Positions 1-13,239 of a stretch of 64,000 bases of DNA are shown here, piece after piece; the stretch's first letter is position 1, and every line of letters starts with the position of its first letter. Source of the stretch: Camelus ferus (lineage: Eukaryota); the NCBI RefSeq assembly GCF_009834535.1, contig NC_045697.1, positions 42,100,001-42,164,000 on the forward strand, given 5' to 3'. Below the pieces are notes generated by a model that saw only the letters and a program-made list of their open reading frames with translations, was not told where the DNA came from and searched no databases. The position numbers and the translations under genes are program-made.

Positions 1-1397
1 TAACATGTCTGACACACTACATGCAAAACTAATAATAATCACCAGTATTTATACATGGGACTTCTCATAAATTCCATATAATCCATACAATTCCTTATAA
101 TCCTGACAAAACTCTCAAAAAGCAGGGCTGATGTCCCTGTGTATACCACCCAAATGGCTAAGGGGACTTACTTAAGCCATAAACCTAGCAAGTATCTGAG
201 TGGGTACTTTTTCACTCTGGATCCTGAAGATTGTTCTTTTTTTCCTTTTTTTTCGCAATGAGCTACACTGCTTCATACTTACACCACTGCCTTATACAGA
301 CCACTACCTTATATTTACTAGCATTCCCCAGAACTGAAGGGACAACTAATGTAATGATAGAAAAAAGAGTGAGCAATTAAATATTCATCCTATCATAGCT
401 TAACATTGTTACAAAAATGTGTAAGACAAAGTCACCAGACTATTGAGAAAATAGTCTAACAGTATTTTCTTTTCGTACAGCTGCTTCAGAATTTTAAGAA
501 TTAAACATAAAATGGAAACATTACATGAAGGGTCACTTACAAAAATTCAAAGATTAGCACAACTTAAATTACCATCTTAGAGTGAAGAAAAAAAATAAGA
601 CATATTTTAAGGGGTGTAGAAAAATTCTGCTTTCCAACACTGTTATGAAATGTAACGCTCAGGTTAATTAAAGATGAAGTCTACTAATGTCTTTTATAAC
701 ATGAACAGATAGCCAATTTCCAATTAACTAGAAAAATAATCATACTTATCATCAAGACTATAACAGGCACAATTTAGTATTGCTTTGAGATTCAGAAGCC
801 ACTCAGAATCTTGTGCTAGTATTAAGGTCAGTTATCAGGATTTTATCATTAACAGGTCACTAAATAATCCAGCTCAAATCATCATTTTCTCCTTTCCAGC
901 TACGAGCTGATGATATTATTCTTCCTGCTCCCACAGCTAAAATATTCTTTTTTTTCTACCCTCCCCATTCTCTCATCCTAACTAGCTTTGTTCTACTCTC
1001 ACTGCCACCTCTTTGCCTCATATCTTTATGACTTCATTCTAACCCCCAGTTTAATGCTTCTAAGGGTCCCTCCCTCAGTGCTACTGCCAGACTAATCATT
1101 TTCAAACATGAATTTTATACAGTTCAGAACCTTCAATAGCTGCCAACTGCAAAGCACATTATGTTTAAATTTAGCCTCATTTTTGAAGTGTCAAATCTAA
1201 CCCGGTATACCTTTCCAATTTATTCCTCATTACTCCCCCAATAAGCGCCGTATGAAGCAGTCACCTAGATTTGTGTGCTAAATTTAAATTGTGTACTAAA
1301 TTCACAAACACACAGTGCTTACTCTGACCTCTTCCTTCTTGGAACTTACTACAACTAAAATCATCTCCATCGTCAGTCATATCAACAGCAACCAAAT

Positions 1398-1622
1398 ATC
1401 TTACTTACTATGCACCAGGCAATGTCATTAGTGCATAATATGTTTTAACTAATATCATCCTCACAATAACCTTGTGAAATAGATACTATTATTATCACCC
1501 TCATTTTACAGAGGGCCTAGAAGCAGTCAGGTTACTCATGCAAAGTCACACAGCTAGTAAACAGTAGAGCCAGAATTGAAGCCAGGCTATTTGGTTCCAG
1601 GTTTCACACTCAACCACTATCT
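1398..1622 (-). mobile_element. MIR SINE
   Basis: Reverse-complement MIR core (cctcacaataaccttgtga...cattttacagagg...aaagtcacacagctagtaa...gagccagaattgaagccagg). Boundaries approximate. Confidence 0.85.
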
Positions 1623-1928
1623 ATATAACTCTCAATTACTAATTAATACAATGTACTCATTGCCAGTAACACAATCAGCTATTAATTATTTCACATATGC
1701 CTTTATCTCTTTAATTAATTAATTATAAAGTTATACAAAGTATTTTATTTCTTTGAGGGAGCCCCTTAGTATAAGATACACAGTTAGCCCTAAACAAATG
1801 TCTCCAAGGGACACTATTTCATTCAAAGAATAAATATTATGAATGACAAAGATCCAAGAATTATGATTAGTCAATATACATAGAATTAGACCTCTGTCCC
1901 CAGCAAAGTCCTCTGAACCAGGACTTGC

Positions 1929-2100
1929 CTGTGGGAAGAGCACTGAGAGGATGGAGACTGGAGCATGGGCTCGGCAGTAGCTCTCGTGGGATTTCTACAC
2001 TGGAGAGGCTGCAGGACAGCCTTCGGCTTGCAAGAAAGACCAGAGGTTCAGAAAACTTGCTCTGAAGGGATAGTTGCCAAACAAGTGTACGTATTGACAT
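1929..2100 (-). CDS. Candidate alternative first coding exon of an unidentified minus-strand gene (MSIRTLVWQLSLQSKF...HPLSALPT, 57 codons + 1 nt)
   Basis: ATG at 2100 with A at -3; frame is open to a consensus GC-type donor CAG|GCAAGT at 1929/1928; segment is GC-richer than its flanks and not repeat-like. No homology recognised. Confidence 0.3.
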
Positions 2101-2839
2101 TATGAGTTATAAACCAATAAAAATAGCAACACTTTCTAAAGATGCTCTTACTTATTCTCTATATTAAGATTGGGAAAACATAAATAACTCAGGTAGATTA
2201 AATTATTAATTTATTAGGTACAAGGGAGGTGGACAGCACCCCACTAACTCATCAAAACTTTATATTGCTTCTAGTGACTAATCATGCTATGACCTAAAGG
2301 AAGAGTTAAGTAAGGATTTGAGGATGCTTAGAAGTAAAAGAGTCGTCTCTCTCACTTTCAAATGAAGCATACAATTTTTTTTAAATAAAAGAGAAAATTC
2401 TTATGTGTAGATGTACACATATCAAATGCCAAGACTGGAAACTTGACTAGAACTCTGGTTTCCTTCTAATAGATCAGTAGGCCAGACTCTATACTCTCAA
2501 GAAGAGTAGAGACTCATTCTTCGAGGCCCAGCTCAAATGTCAAGCCACGTGTGAGTTTTTATTTTGCATCGTTAATCACTGTTTCTTCTGTATTGTAACA
2601 GTGTTTTATAAGTATCTCTATTGGATAACTACTAGCTAGAAAATGTGCAGATCTTGACTTCTAGTCTGTTACCAACCCAAATGTGCACCAACAAATGAAC
2701 AGATAAACCAATCTGATATAATCACGCAACGAACAGAAGTCAGCAATAAAAAGGAACTAATTATTAATTTGTAAAACAACACGGATAATTCTCAAAAACA
2801 TTAAGCTAAAGAAATCAGACACAAAAGAGTACATACTGC

Positions 2840-3268
2840 TGTTAAGAATTGTGAAGGATCTAAGACTTTACTCAATGTGTAAGCTTATGAGTTTCAGGGA
2901 CGCTGGCAGAGGACGCAAGACTCTTGGGTCAGAGACAAAGGACTTTACTGCTCACAGCAATAGGATTAGCCAGAGCACCACACCTGCCCAAACAGTGGGT
3001 TGTGTTACAGGAGAGGAACTTGGGAGCTTCAGGAAACTACTATAATGGGCAGTAAGCCTGACCTTTGCCTCAGAGGGACACATTATCTCTAGTACACAGT
3101 ACAATAACAAACCCGCCCTTTTCTCAGGAGGAAGACATTATCTCTAGATTCCAAGATTGCTCACTACACAAACATGTTTAGAAAAACAGTCCTAAACAAA
3201 AGCAGACAGTGTCTCTGTTTACAAGACATGCAGAATCAGAAAGACTCATGGAAAATTATTTCCTAATA
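2840..3268 (-). mobile_element. Solo endogenous-retrovirus LTR (probably ERVL class) nested in L1M
   Basis: Begins TGTTAAG exactly where the L1 sequence breaks; contains LTR-like gctggcagaggacgcaagactcttgggtcagagacaaaggacttta; L1 resumes after 3268; degenerate 5-bp flanks actgc/actat. Orientation and subfamily uncertain. Confidence 0.65.
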
Positions 3269-3426
3269 ACTATGTGTGCTCATTCATATAAGATTTATGG
3301 GATAGGCAAAACTTGTTTATGGTGGGAAAAAATCAGAACAGTCATTGTTTGGAGCCAGAAGTGAAGGATAACAAGGGAAATTTCTAGAGTGAAAGTAATA
3401 TTATATATTTCTTATGGGGTGATAGC

Positions 3427-3429
3427 TAC

Positions 3430-3468
<39 letters not shown>

Positions 3469-3477
3469 TGTGTGTGT
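3427..3477. repeat. Compound (TA)/(TG)13/(CG)/(TG) microsatellite
   Basis: 51 bp of unbroken purine-pyrimidine alternation read directly from the sequence. Confidence 0.95.
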
Positions 3478-5587
3478 TTGTCAAACTCATCAAACTGTAC
3501 GCTTAAAAGTATATGTAAATTCTATGTAAATTATGTATGTACACATTGGGTACATATTATACCCAAATAAAGTTGATCTAAAAAGAAAAATAAGCTGATC
3601 ATAATTGTTATCATCTCAAGGGCAAGGATTGTGTCTTACTCATTTCTGGTGATTATTGAGAGAAAATTAGCCAATTGAGTATGCTTAGTAAGAGCTTATA
3701 AAGGTTGATCACATTGAATTATTAATAATGTTTAAAATGTGTCTCTACGTATTTGACCTTGTCCTTTGTTGATCTGAAATGCCATCAAATCAGATTTTTA
3801 AAATTTTTATTTGATTGTATTTATTTATAAATATTGATACATGTGAATACTTGTCACAAATTTGTATTTAAAAAATAAAATCCCTAAATACTAAATTATT
3901 TTTATGCAGATTAGTTTTAATAATGTGGAAATTAGTTTAAAAGATGAAAATTTGTGATAACCATAATTAGGTTATTTTTTCATATCATAAACCTAGTTGA
4001 TTAACTCCTTTAAAGACACAATACTTTTCAAATAAGTCTTCAGAATGAGAACAGTAAAAAAAAAAATTTGAAATTTGTATTTAGAATTTGAAATCTGCAA
4101 AGACTTTTTCTGATCTTCCATTCACTTAATCCATTTAAATTTAGTGAAACTATCTGGTGTCTATTAGGTGGTAATTTAGGCTAGTAAAGCCTAAAGAACA
4201 AAAATTACAGCTTTAATTTCCATTTAAAACAGAATTTTCAAACCCTTTTTTCTTAATATATAGTTTGGTGTGATTTTTCTAACTTATATTATATATTATA
4301 TAAATAATCCCCTTAACTCATATTAAACTATTCTTTGAAAACTTTAAGACAATGGATCTAAATAAAGCTAGAAAATTGTTTGTCATCTTAGTACATATTA
4401 AATTGTAGGTTAAAAAAACTGTCTTCCTCTTATGTTTTATCATGTTATCCTTCATTTTTTTCTAATTAAAACTTGAAAAAAAGTAATTCCCACGTTTGCT
4501 AAATGGAACATAAAGGAAACCATTTTATCTTCATTCCTCACAAAAATACTGTCTAATGCCTATAGCTTTGCTATATAGACAAACCAAATGTTTTTGGTTC
4601 AGATCTTAGAGACTGCCAAGATCTAGATTCAGAAATAGATATTTTCTAATTTTGTAAGTAAACTCTCATATTCCATGATATATTTACCACCTACACATTA
4701 CACCTAATTACCATAAATTCAGTGTTATATAGGTTAAATATTCATTAGCAGTAATAAGGGAAAGTGGAAGTAAATCTCTTTGCAAAGGCCATCAGGACCC
4801 AAAGGTAATAATGCAAATTAAATTGGAATGCCAATATTTACAATATTGGTCCTTCATCACTGTGTAATAAAATGAACACTTTCCACTCTAAGTTCAGAAG
4901 CTATTTGATGACTGATACAAAACATTATTTGTAGAATTTGAATATTTCTAATAATTGAATTGGTTCATACATTTCCATACTTATAGCACATTCCTGAAAG
5001 ACTGTGTTAAGTCATCGTAGCTAGGGCCTCCAATAAAAAATCATAAAACTGCCATCACATACCATAAATATAATTGCTTGCCTTGATTAGATTGAGTCAT
5101 ACCAAACTTAATATTTGATAGACTTTGACCTACAGAAATGACAATTTCATATGATTTAATGTAATAGTAAGTCAAAATAATGAAATGAAAGTAATCAACA
5201 TTGAACACAGTGTGCCCAAAATTCATTGTTCCTTTAATAGCCTTTTATAAACAAATTTATTTGCACAGAAGAGATAGCAATTTTCTACTTTCTTTCTTGA
5301 GCCCTGATGATAAAACTCTGAAGTTAATATTTCAGATCTGTGTTCTATATTACCTCTGTTTCCTGGCCCACTTTATATCTCAAAGTCCTAGAAAAGAGAA
5401 AATTATGAGAGTGTTATTGGGTTTTTTGCCCTCTCAATTCTTAATGGTTACCAGGGAAAACATCGCTTTTTTCCAAGACTGCACAAACGATAGTGGGGTT
5501 TTTTTGCTTAGACTGTTAAATTTATTCCCCAGGTGAACTTCCCTGAAGTATCAAGTCACCTGTCAGATTTGGTACACATAGCCGTAC

Positions 5588-5609
5588 CTTTAAAGAAGTA
5601 TCTCTCCAT
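5588..5609 (-). CDS. Candidate short alternative first coding exon end (MERYFFK + 1 nt)
   Basis: ATGG at 5609, donor AAG|GTACGG at 5588/5587; octamer ATGCAAAT (5645-5652) and TGACG half-CRE sites (5667, 5855) lie just upstream in the minus direction. Confidence 0.25.
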
Positions 5610-7434
5610 CAGAGAAGTCAGTGTGGGAAAATGCAGACACCAAAATGCAAATAAAATGTCATTAAGTGACGCGTACATACTACAATTTACGCTTTCTTTG
5701 AATACATAGGAATGGCTAATTTTTAAGTTTCCCTATTCCTTAAACATAAATCAGTCTCGAGGGGTACAAGTTCAACAGCTAAAATACTTTCCCTCTTTGA
5801 TAACCTGGCCACTAATGGCCCACAGTACTACAGCTTGTAGCGAAGCATGCCAGGTGACGCAAAGTGTTCATCCCACCCTGAAGAAAATTTTCTGCAACTG
5901 TAGATGCCTACAGGTAAACATAGGCAAAAGAAGAGTTTAAAAACTTAAATAAGCAATACTTTTTCTCTATTCAAAACCCAGCCTACCCTAGAGAATGCTT
6001 TCAAAATGTAGCAGGAAGAATTCCTATGGGAATCTCTTGGCTCCATATGGATTTTTACAGTTGCTTAGTTTTTTGCTCACATTCTCTCACACTAAAGTCC
6101 TATATTTTCCTTACTCAAAATAGACACCTTCTGCCCTGGATTAGAGTCAATAATCAAAAGAGGAGTATGATCCAAATGTTGGAGTATGAGTGGCTGGGCT
6201 CAAGAGGGAAGACTTGGCATCAGCAGTCAATGTGTTTTTCTTTAAGTAGGACAGTAGGAAGGTGCTATGTGATTGTCATGTGGTTCAGATGTGACAGTAT
6301 TTTGCTTTGGAACTGATTATCCTCCATCACCAAATCCCATCCCTTCTTCTGAGTTTTTAATGGATTCCTTTGTTTTAATCATCACTAGGATTGTCAAATG
6401 AGGTAATCTGGGGGCTCATCTCTGTCTCTAAATCGCCTCTGAGCTCTTCCTAACTTGCATTCAATTTGTGTGCTACCAATAACATGGTAATTGCCAATTT
6501 CTACATAGTTAAGTATTTACCATATATCTAATGTCCTTGTTTCAATTAGTAACATTATTTATCAAATTGAACACATGCTCTTCATACATAAGTAGGATAC
6601 TTTGTGTCGGACTTGCAAGAGTGAGGAATAATCCATTTTTACTTCAGTTTTTTATTTTTAATTTCTTTCCCTTAAACAAAAAGGTGCCATTTATTTACCA
6701 TCTATTAAAAAGTACAATGAAATAAATGAAGCTATATAAATAATGCATCTTTGTGCCTCTGGACATCAATGAGAAATCTATCAGTATCTAAATGTGAGGC
6801 ATTTTATAATTACATTTTGCAACTGAGCTCTAGGAAACAATACATTTGGAGTCTGAGTTGGACTGTGTGGGTTCCACAAACTTCAACTCCTTATCTCAGG
6901 AGCCATTCAGACCCACTTAATTAAATGCACAGCTTTAGGGAGTTTATTGTCTTTGACTTGTAAATACAGCCAGCAAAAGCCCAGCAGATCTTAGCGAGGT
7001 GTGTTTGGAACTGGAGGGAGAACAGTCCCGGTCTTCTTGTTCGGTCACTTCCACCTCCTGCCCTGAGCCCACTGCTAGTGATTCTGATTAGGTTGGTAAG
7101 TAGGGAAGTCTAAGGGTATAATCCCACTGATGTCACACCTGTCTGGCAACTGGAGGCTCTGTGCAAATAATCTAATGCATAACTAAGCATTAGGATAAAA
7201 TGGAGACTAGCTTCTACACTCTCTGTTTCACTCAGCTGATCCTGGCTTTTCAGACATCACTAATTTTTCCTCACCATCCTTCTCATAACCCTCACATTAT
7301 TTCCACCCACCTTAATCTTCTCCAACTGTCTTCTCTCCCGACAAACAGACCAACACCCTCTCCCTGTAACCAGGCAAATCTGTCACCACGCAGGCTCCTT
7401 TGGTCACCCCCTAGCACATCCTTTTGCTGGAGGA

Positions 7435-7690
7435 TGTGGCTAGAGAGTAGACTTTAGTGGTCTGGCCCACAGACCTGTGTGAGAGTCCCAGCCCAGCCAG
7501 TTCCTAACTGTGCAAACTTAAGGCAGTTATCAACAATAACCACGTATTAGCAACTTAAAGGTTGATCTTAATTACTCATAACTTAAGGAATTTATTTACA
7601 AACACGGAACTTGCTGATTGTTGCGTGATTTGCATAAAACTGAGTGTACCCAGAGACACATGAAGAGAAGGCACTCAGTAATCCTTAACT
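7435..7690 (+). mobile_element. MIR SINE (degenerate)
   Basis: cagacctg...gtcccagcccagccagttcctaactgtgcaaacttaaggcagtta matches the MIR 5'/core. Confidence 0.55.
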
Positions 7691-10600
7691 TTCTTCTTTT
7701 CTGTGATATCTTTTCAAATTACCCCAAATTTACCTTTCCTTACCGGTAATGCTTTCCATTTCTATGTCTAATTTTTATATCTAACATATACTAGATACAA
7801 AATTACATGTAAGTATTTATCTCCTCTGCTCTCTGCTGTAACTTCATTCTAGTGTTGGCTGCTTCAAAGGCTTCCCTAGACTAATTCTGTTTGCATCATA
7901 TCATTTTATTCACTCACTCCCTTATGCACAACTTGCAGATTTCTCATTCTCTAATTACTGAGCTCTTGAGTGCACATTGAGCCAAGCTCAGTGCCATATA
8001 GGTAAAAGCGTCCTAATTAAGATTATAATGTCCCTATACATCCTCTGTATCCTTAGACAAGAACTACTTAACATAAGCTAGTTATTTAGTTAAAATCCTT
8101 CTTTGAGTTTTAAATGAGTGATAATCATAATATATTCTAGTATGTTTAGTGGGGTTTTATTGCATTTGAATGTACACTGATTTGATAGTCACAGTATTAT
8201 TTACAATCATAATAATCATATCCACAGTAAGACAAAATTTGCTAATAACATCACCTTTATATTTGGCTTTTGACAACTGAAACGGAGGCTAAGAGATGTA
8301 TTTCAGATTACATAAACAGCACCTAGAATCCAAACGTACATTCTACCCCCAGTTGTGAGGCAGGATACTCCTTCTTGTACGCTGTAAATCATGCAGAATG
8401 ATTTAGCCTACAAAGCTAATTAAGTACTAAAAACTACATTCTCAAAGGTGTGCATACAGTGGAGAGTTCATTTCAGAGAATATTTTCCTTCAGACTTTGA
8501 TTGCCAAATGCATATCTAATAAAATAGACTATTAATAAATGCAACTTTGCTGACAGAATAATATAAACTTAAGGTCAAAAGTAAAAGTTACAAGAAAAAT
8601 GTAGGGGAAGCATTGAATGCATTTCATCAAAGCATATTTACTTAGCTTGAAAACTAAGAAATTTCTTTATGGACAAAATTAACAACAACAAAAATAATAA
8701 CAGCCCCTCTCTCAAGCTAAGCGTTAATATGAAGGTTTTTTTGATTAATAATAAACATTTCATTTAAGAATTAATACTATAAGTCCACTCACAAACATAA
8801 CTAGTAGCTACTTTTTAAGCTCTCTACTAAATAAATATCCCTGCTATATGTTTTATTTCAGAATGTCTGTTGGAACATTTTTCAGGCTATTATAACTTCT
8901 CATATATAGGAAGAAAAACACACAGCCAGGTCCTTGAAGGTGACTTTGTTCCTGATGTTACCCCATGATCTTAGCAGAGAGGTTTTCTCTCCCAAGTCAG
9001 TGCCTCTTGTTGACAGAATTGGCTTTTGTCTATTGAGAGCTGCCACTGATCACTGGCTAGAACGGACTCAGAAACTCAGAAGCTTTCCATCACTGACAGA
9101 AAGCAGTGGACAATATAAAAATAGCACTGTACACTAAGGATTTGTTGAAGCTTCCTAGCAGTGACAGGATTACAATGATCATAGCACAAAGTTTCTTTTT
9201 CATGCAACAAGATCATGAAATTGCAGAACATTCATGGAAAATAGGAAGCCACAAGGAATTAGTATTGTCAGGTGCTAACTGATGTTCAAATGTTTATGGT
9301 GTGATCACACTACTTGTAGTTTCTTCTTTCAAATACCACAAAACATTATATTTGGTATTAAATATTATAGTTTTTCATGGAGAGACTAAATTCTGCAGGG
9401 TCAAGCTGTAGATAAAGAATGTTGTTACAATTCCAAATTTACTCTCCAATTGTACCACCTTTTCTCTATGGGAAGAAAATTACATGGACTGACATGATTG
9501 TAGATACAGATAGAGATAATGTTTCAAAAATTAATTATCCAATCCTCAGCATAGGTAATTGTGTTAATTATTCTCCATTTGTCATCCACAGTATCACCCT
9601 TCTCCACCAAAGGATCATTCTGTTTCTCTCTGGCCTGATAAGGAACTGATTCCTTAAAGTCTCTTCATTTCATCCATCTAGGGTGAGCTTCATTTTCCCA
9701 CAAGGACCCTAAGTGAACACAATCACTCACAAAGGGACAAAATAGGAACTAAGGAAATGTCCTACTACATACTTCTAATTTTTTATATTCTAATTCATTC
9801 CACATTATAGCTTTAAAAGTGATTCCTGGGAACAAAGGTATCCATCATCTCCTTTATCACTTAATATGGTTGAGTCGCTATTATAACTTGATAAACATGT
9901 GTGATTTGCAATCTTATTATAGAAACAGTATATCCCAATGAGCCCTGAAAGACTTGGGACTCTACAGTTCATAGCTGCTCATTATGAAAAGAACCATCGG
10001 AGCCTGCCACCGATCCCGCACACTGTGCAAAACGGATGGATTTTGAAATAAGCCTGGGGATGAAGCCAGTTTGTACAAATCCCTTTACTTACCTTTTGTT
10101 TTCTTTACTTATTAAATGGAGAAAATAAAAACTCATTTTATTGGTGTGAGGACAAGAACAAACCACAAATATGAGTATTTAATGAAAAGGCAAAGTAATA
10201 TACTCAGCATAGTTACTATCTTATATTGAAAGCAAGGAGAGTTGAAATATCTATATTAAGGATTCAATAAAACATGAATAAGTTGCAAGGCCAGTAATTA
10301 AATAGCAGGTATTGAGATGACTCTGCTTTCCAACCTTGATCAGCCTAAAGTCAAAATGGTTTGAAGAAGCTACAAATTAGTTACACCTGGAAGGTTAGAA
10401 CTACCCTCCTCATCCCTCCAACACACGCAGCCATGTCAGTCAAAACCCTGTGCTTAGAGAACACATATTCTTCAATATGTCTCATCTGTTCATTCACTAA
10501 ACAAGTATTCATTGATGGTGTTCTGTGCTCCAGACACTGTTCTAAGCATTGGAAACAAAGCAGTCAAAAAAATATACCATCAATGGATCTTGCCAACAAC

Positions 10601-12299
10601 GCCTCATCCCTCAGAATTTGGTGCACATTTCTTTCATCGAAATTTTCATTTTATCTTGCTATCTTGGTCCTATATTTTTTAACCTCTAGGTCAGGCCAGC
10701 TGCTGAATTCATGGGCCTTGGTCAAAGAGTTGGCACACAAGTTCCCATTGATATGCGTAACACATACACCCTAAGAAAAGAAAGACAGAATTTTATACAG
10801 AAAGGGAAACCAAACACCTGGCCTGTGTTGTGTTTCTAGAAATTACAGAATACTACCAAGCTGCACGAAAGCTATTCTTAGAACTCCACTTCACCTTGAT
10901 TATGGAAAATAATGCCTGCACTCAGGCAAATAAAAAACTGAAGGCCTAATATTCATTTACTCATTAACCATTTCTTCAGACAAAAATTGCTAAGTGCCAA
11001 CTCTCTAACTCAGTCTTTAGAATGAATTTCCTAAGGATTCTTGAATAATTAAATACACAGAATAATGCCACTCAGGGAGAGCATCCAGATTTGCTAAGTG
11101 ATTTCTGACTCTATTCTTATACTAGAAAATGTTAAAGAATATCAGATATAATTTCTAATTGCAGAGAGCTTACGATCCGTTTGAGGGCTGAGATATTAAA
11201 TATGGAACAACGAATAAAGCCAGTATTAAATTATCAGTATTATGTTTTCCCAATAAAGTATTTTTGGGGGTACTTATTGGAAAACCACAATCAAGAAATG
11301 CATTCCAAGTCCCTCTGTCCTGAAAAATGAGAGTGATAAAAATACATGCTAGGGAGAGCTGATGCATGGTGTTCCTGCAGACCTGCAAAGTATGAACCCT
11401 CTGGACAAGCACAGGGGCTAAGGAAAATATTCTTATGAGAGCTAAACATCACAGCGCAACAATCCAGAGCAAATATCTGCATGCGTGAAAGTCTCATAAT
11501 GAGGTAGCCCTTCACTGTGATGACGAACAAACAGCTTATTATGGTTCTCATTCGTTTGGAAAAAGAAGTATATACATTTGTTAGATCTTTACTGGCTTCA
11601 GATCTAACACTTTCTGGGGGGCGGGGGTTTGTTTGTTTTTTAACTATTTTTATACCCACCAAATTCCTTTTTTTTTTTTTGATAAAAATGAAAAGTAGCT
11701 CAGAAATGTTCACTTGTTAAGTAGGCCTGGAGGAGTACATGGTCCTTCATTTTTCCCTTTATTTATTTTTTTTTAATTAAGAAGCAGATCCCTTTTGTAA
11801 AGGAATTGAAAAGTAATTCTTTCACCACAGATATACATGACAATGAGGTCTATTTTTCTCGCACTCAAACATTCAACAAACATTAGTTGAATGCCACTCT
11901 AGGCCTTGGCATTGTTAATGTAATATAAATAGATTTAAATTAACCAATCCACAAAAGAAGCAAAATAAAGTAGGAAGTTTTGTTTTTTTTTTTTTAAGCA
12001 TTCATATGGCTGAACACAAAAATGAGGAAATCAGCTTTATAGTCAACCAGATAGCACGTCAGGCTTTGCGTGGCAGAAACTCTCTAAATGGGATACCTAA
12101 AATATTAACAGGCTAGTGATACGATTTGTGAAGAAAACGCTTTTAACCTATTTGGGGAAACCTAGGAGATAAATTTGTTGCCTAAAGAAGGTTAGTAAAA
12201 AACTGAAATTGTTGAGATGAACCCTGAGCAAATTGATATTCCAAATGTGTGACTCAGGAAAACTACCTCCTTTTAGTGTCTGTTAATCATCATTTAGAA

Positions 12300-12529
12300 T
12301 AGTTGTTCTTGACTGGAGGCAGTGACCACCCCAATTCCCCTGAAGACATTTGGCAACATCAGGAGGCAGTTTTGGTTGTTACAACTGAAGGATGGGGATT
12401 CTACTGGTATCCAGTGGATAGAGGCCAGGGGTGCTGCTAAACATCTCACAATGTGCAGGTGAGTCCCCCACAACAACAAAAAAATTATCTGACCAATAAA
12501 ATCAATGATTCTGAGGTTGAGAAGCCCTG
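12300..12529 (+). mobile_element. MER20 hAT-Charlie DNA transposon, full length
   Basis: Matches MER20 along its length (gacatttggcaa...ttttggttgttacaactg...tagaggccaggggtgctgctaaacatc...gaggttgagaagccctg); perfect 8-bp TSD ATTTAGAA at 12292-12299 and 12530-12537. Confidence 0.93.
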
Positions 12530-13239
12530 ATTTAGAATATCTAAATGATGATGAAAGAAAGTGATTGAAAGGATTTCAGGCCAACTGAATTCAAATCAGT
12601 TCTCTGACAGGTTTCACCAGTATTTTATTCTCAATCAGCCATAATCTTATATCTAAAAGCAGGAGATGAGACCAAGTCAAGCAAGTCTTTCTTTTCATAG
12701 TCCAAAATTAAATAAAATTCAATTATAAAGAAACAGGTGCTTTATTTAATCAGACATAGAAATAGCATGCCACAAAATTAGGCATCACAATGTACTTGCC
12801 AAAATCTATAATTTCATTTATGACTGGTACATCTAGAACAGTGTTGCTCATGGTCTCATCTTGGATATAAATTTGAGTTCCAATGGAATACTTGATAACA
12901 ACAAAATCATTTTATTTTTCTGTGCACATAACCTTTAAAATATTTGTATGTCTGATATACTACAATAACTACTACAATATATGCACAAAAAGGATTTTGC
13001 CTTCATTGAAGATATCAGCTGAAGGGTAGTCAAGGTGTTATTACGTACATCAAAGCTCTTATAACAGTGCCTTGCTAGTACATGTGTTTGTTAAACAAAA
13101 CTCAGATAGAAGAATATTAACTTGTATGTCTTTTGCATATGCATGAGTCCTAGATTGTTGTAATTGGACATGGATTGTATCTATGCACAGGCAGTAATTA
13201 AGAACTGTTCATTTCAGTTGATTATAATTATAGCAATAC

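Larger units (their letters stand above)
2670..3590 (+). mobile_element. Old L1M 3' end (L1MC/L1ME-like), split by an LTR insertion
   Basis: L1 3' motifs (aacccaaatgt...aacaaatgaacagataa, cagacacaaaagagtacatactg; then ggcaaaact..., tgtcaaactcatcaaactgtac, aataaagttga followed by an A-rich tail). Confidence 0.75.

Noticed and set aside
265..312. Short degenerate repeat (ccactgccttata-like) in about three copies
   Set aside because: Too short and degenerate; ordinary slippage, and not CRISPR-like (no spacer structure, mammalian DNA).
10361..11713. ORFs of 137 and 140 aa
   Set aside because: Non-ATG starts, overlap with an L2 fragment or a poly-T run, random-looking composition.
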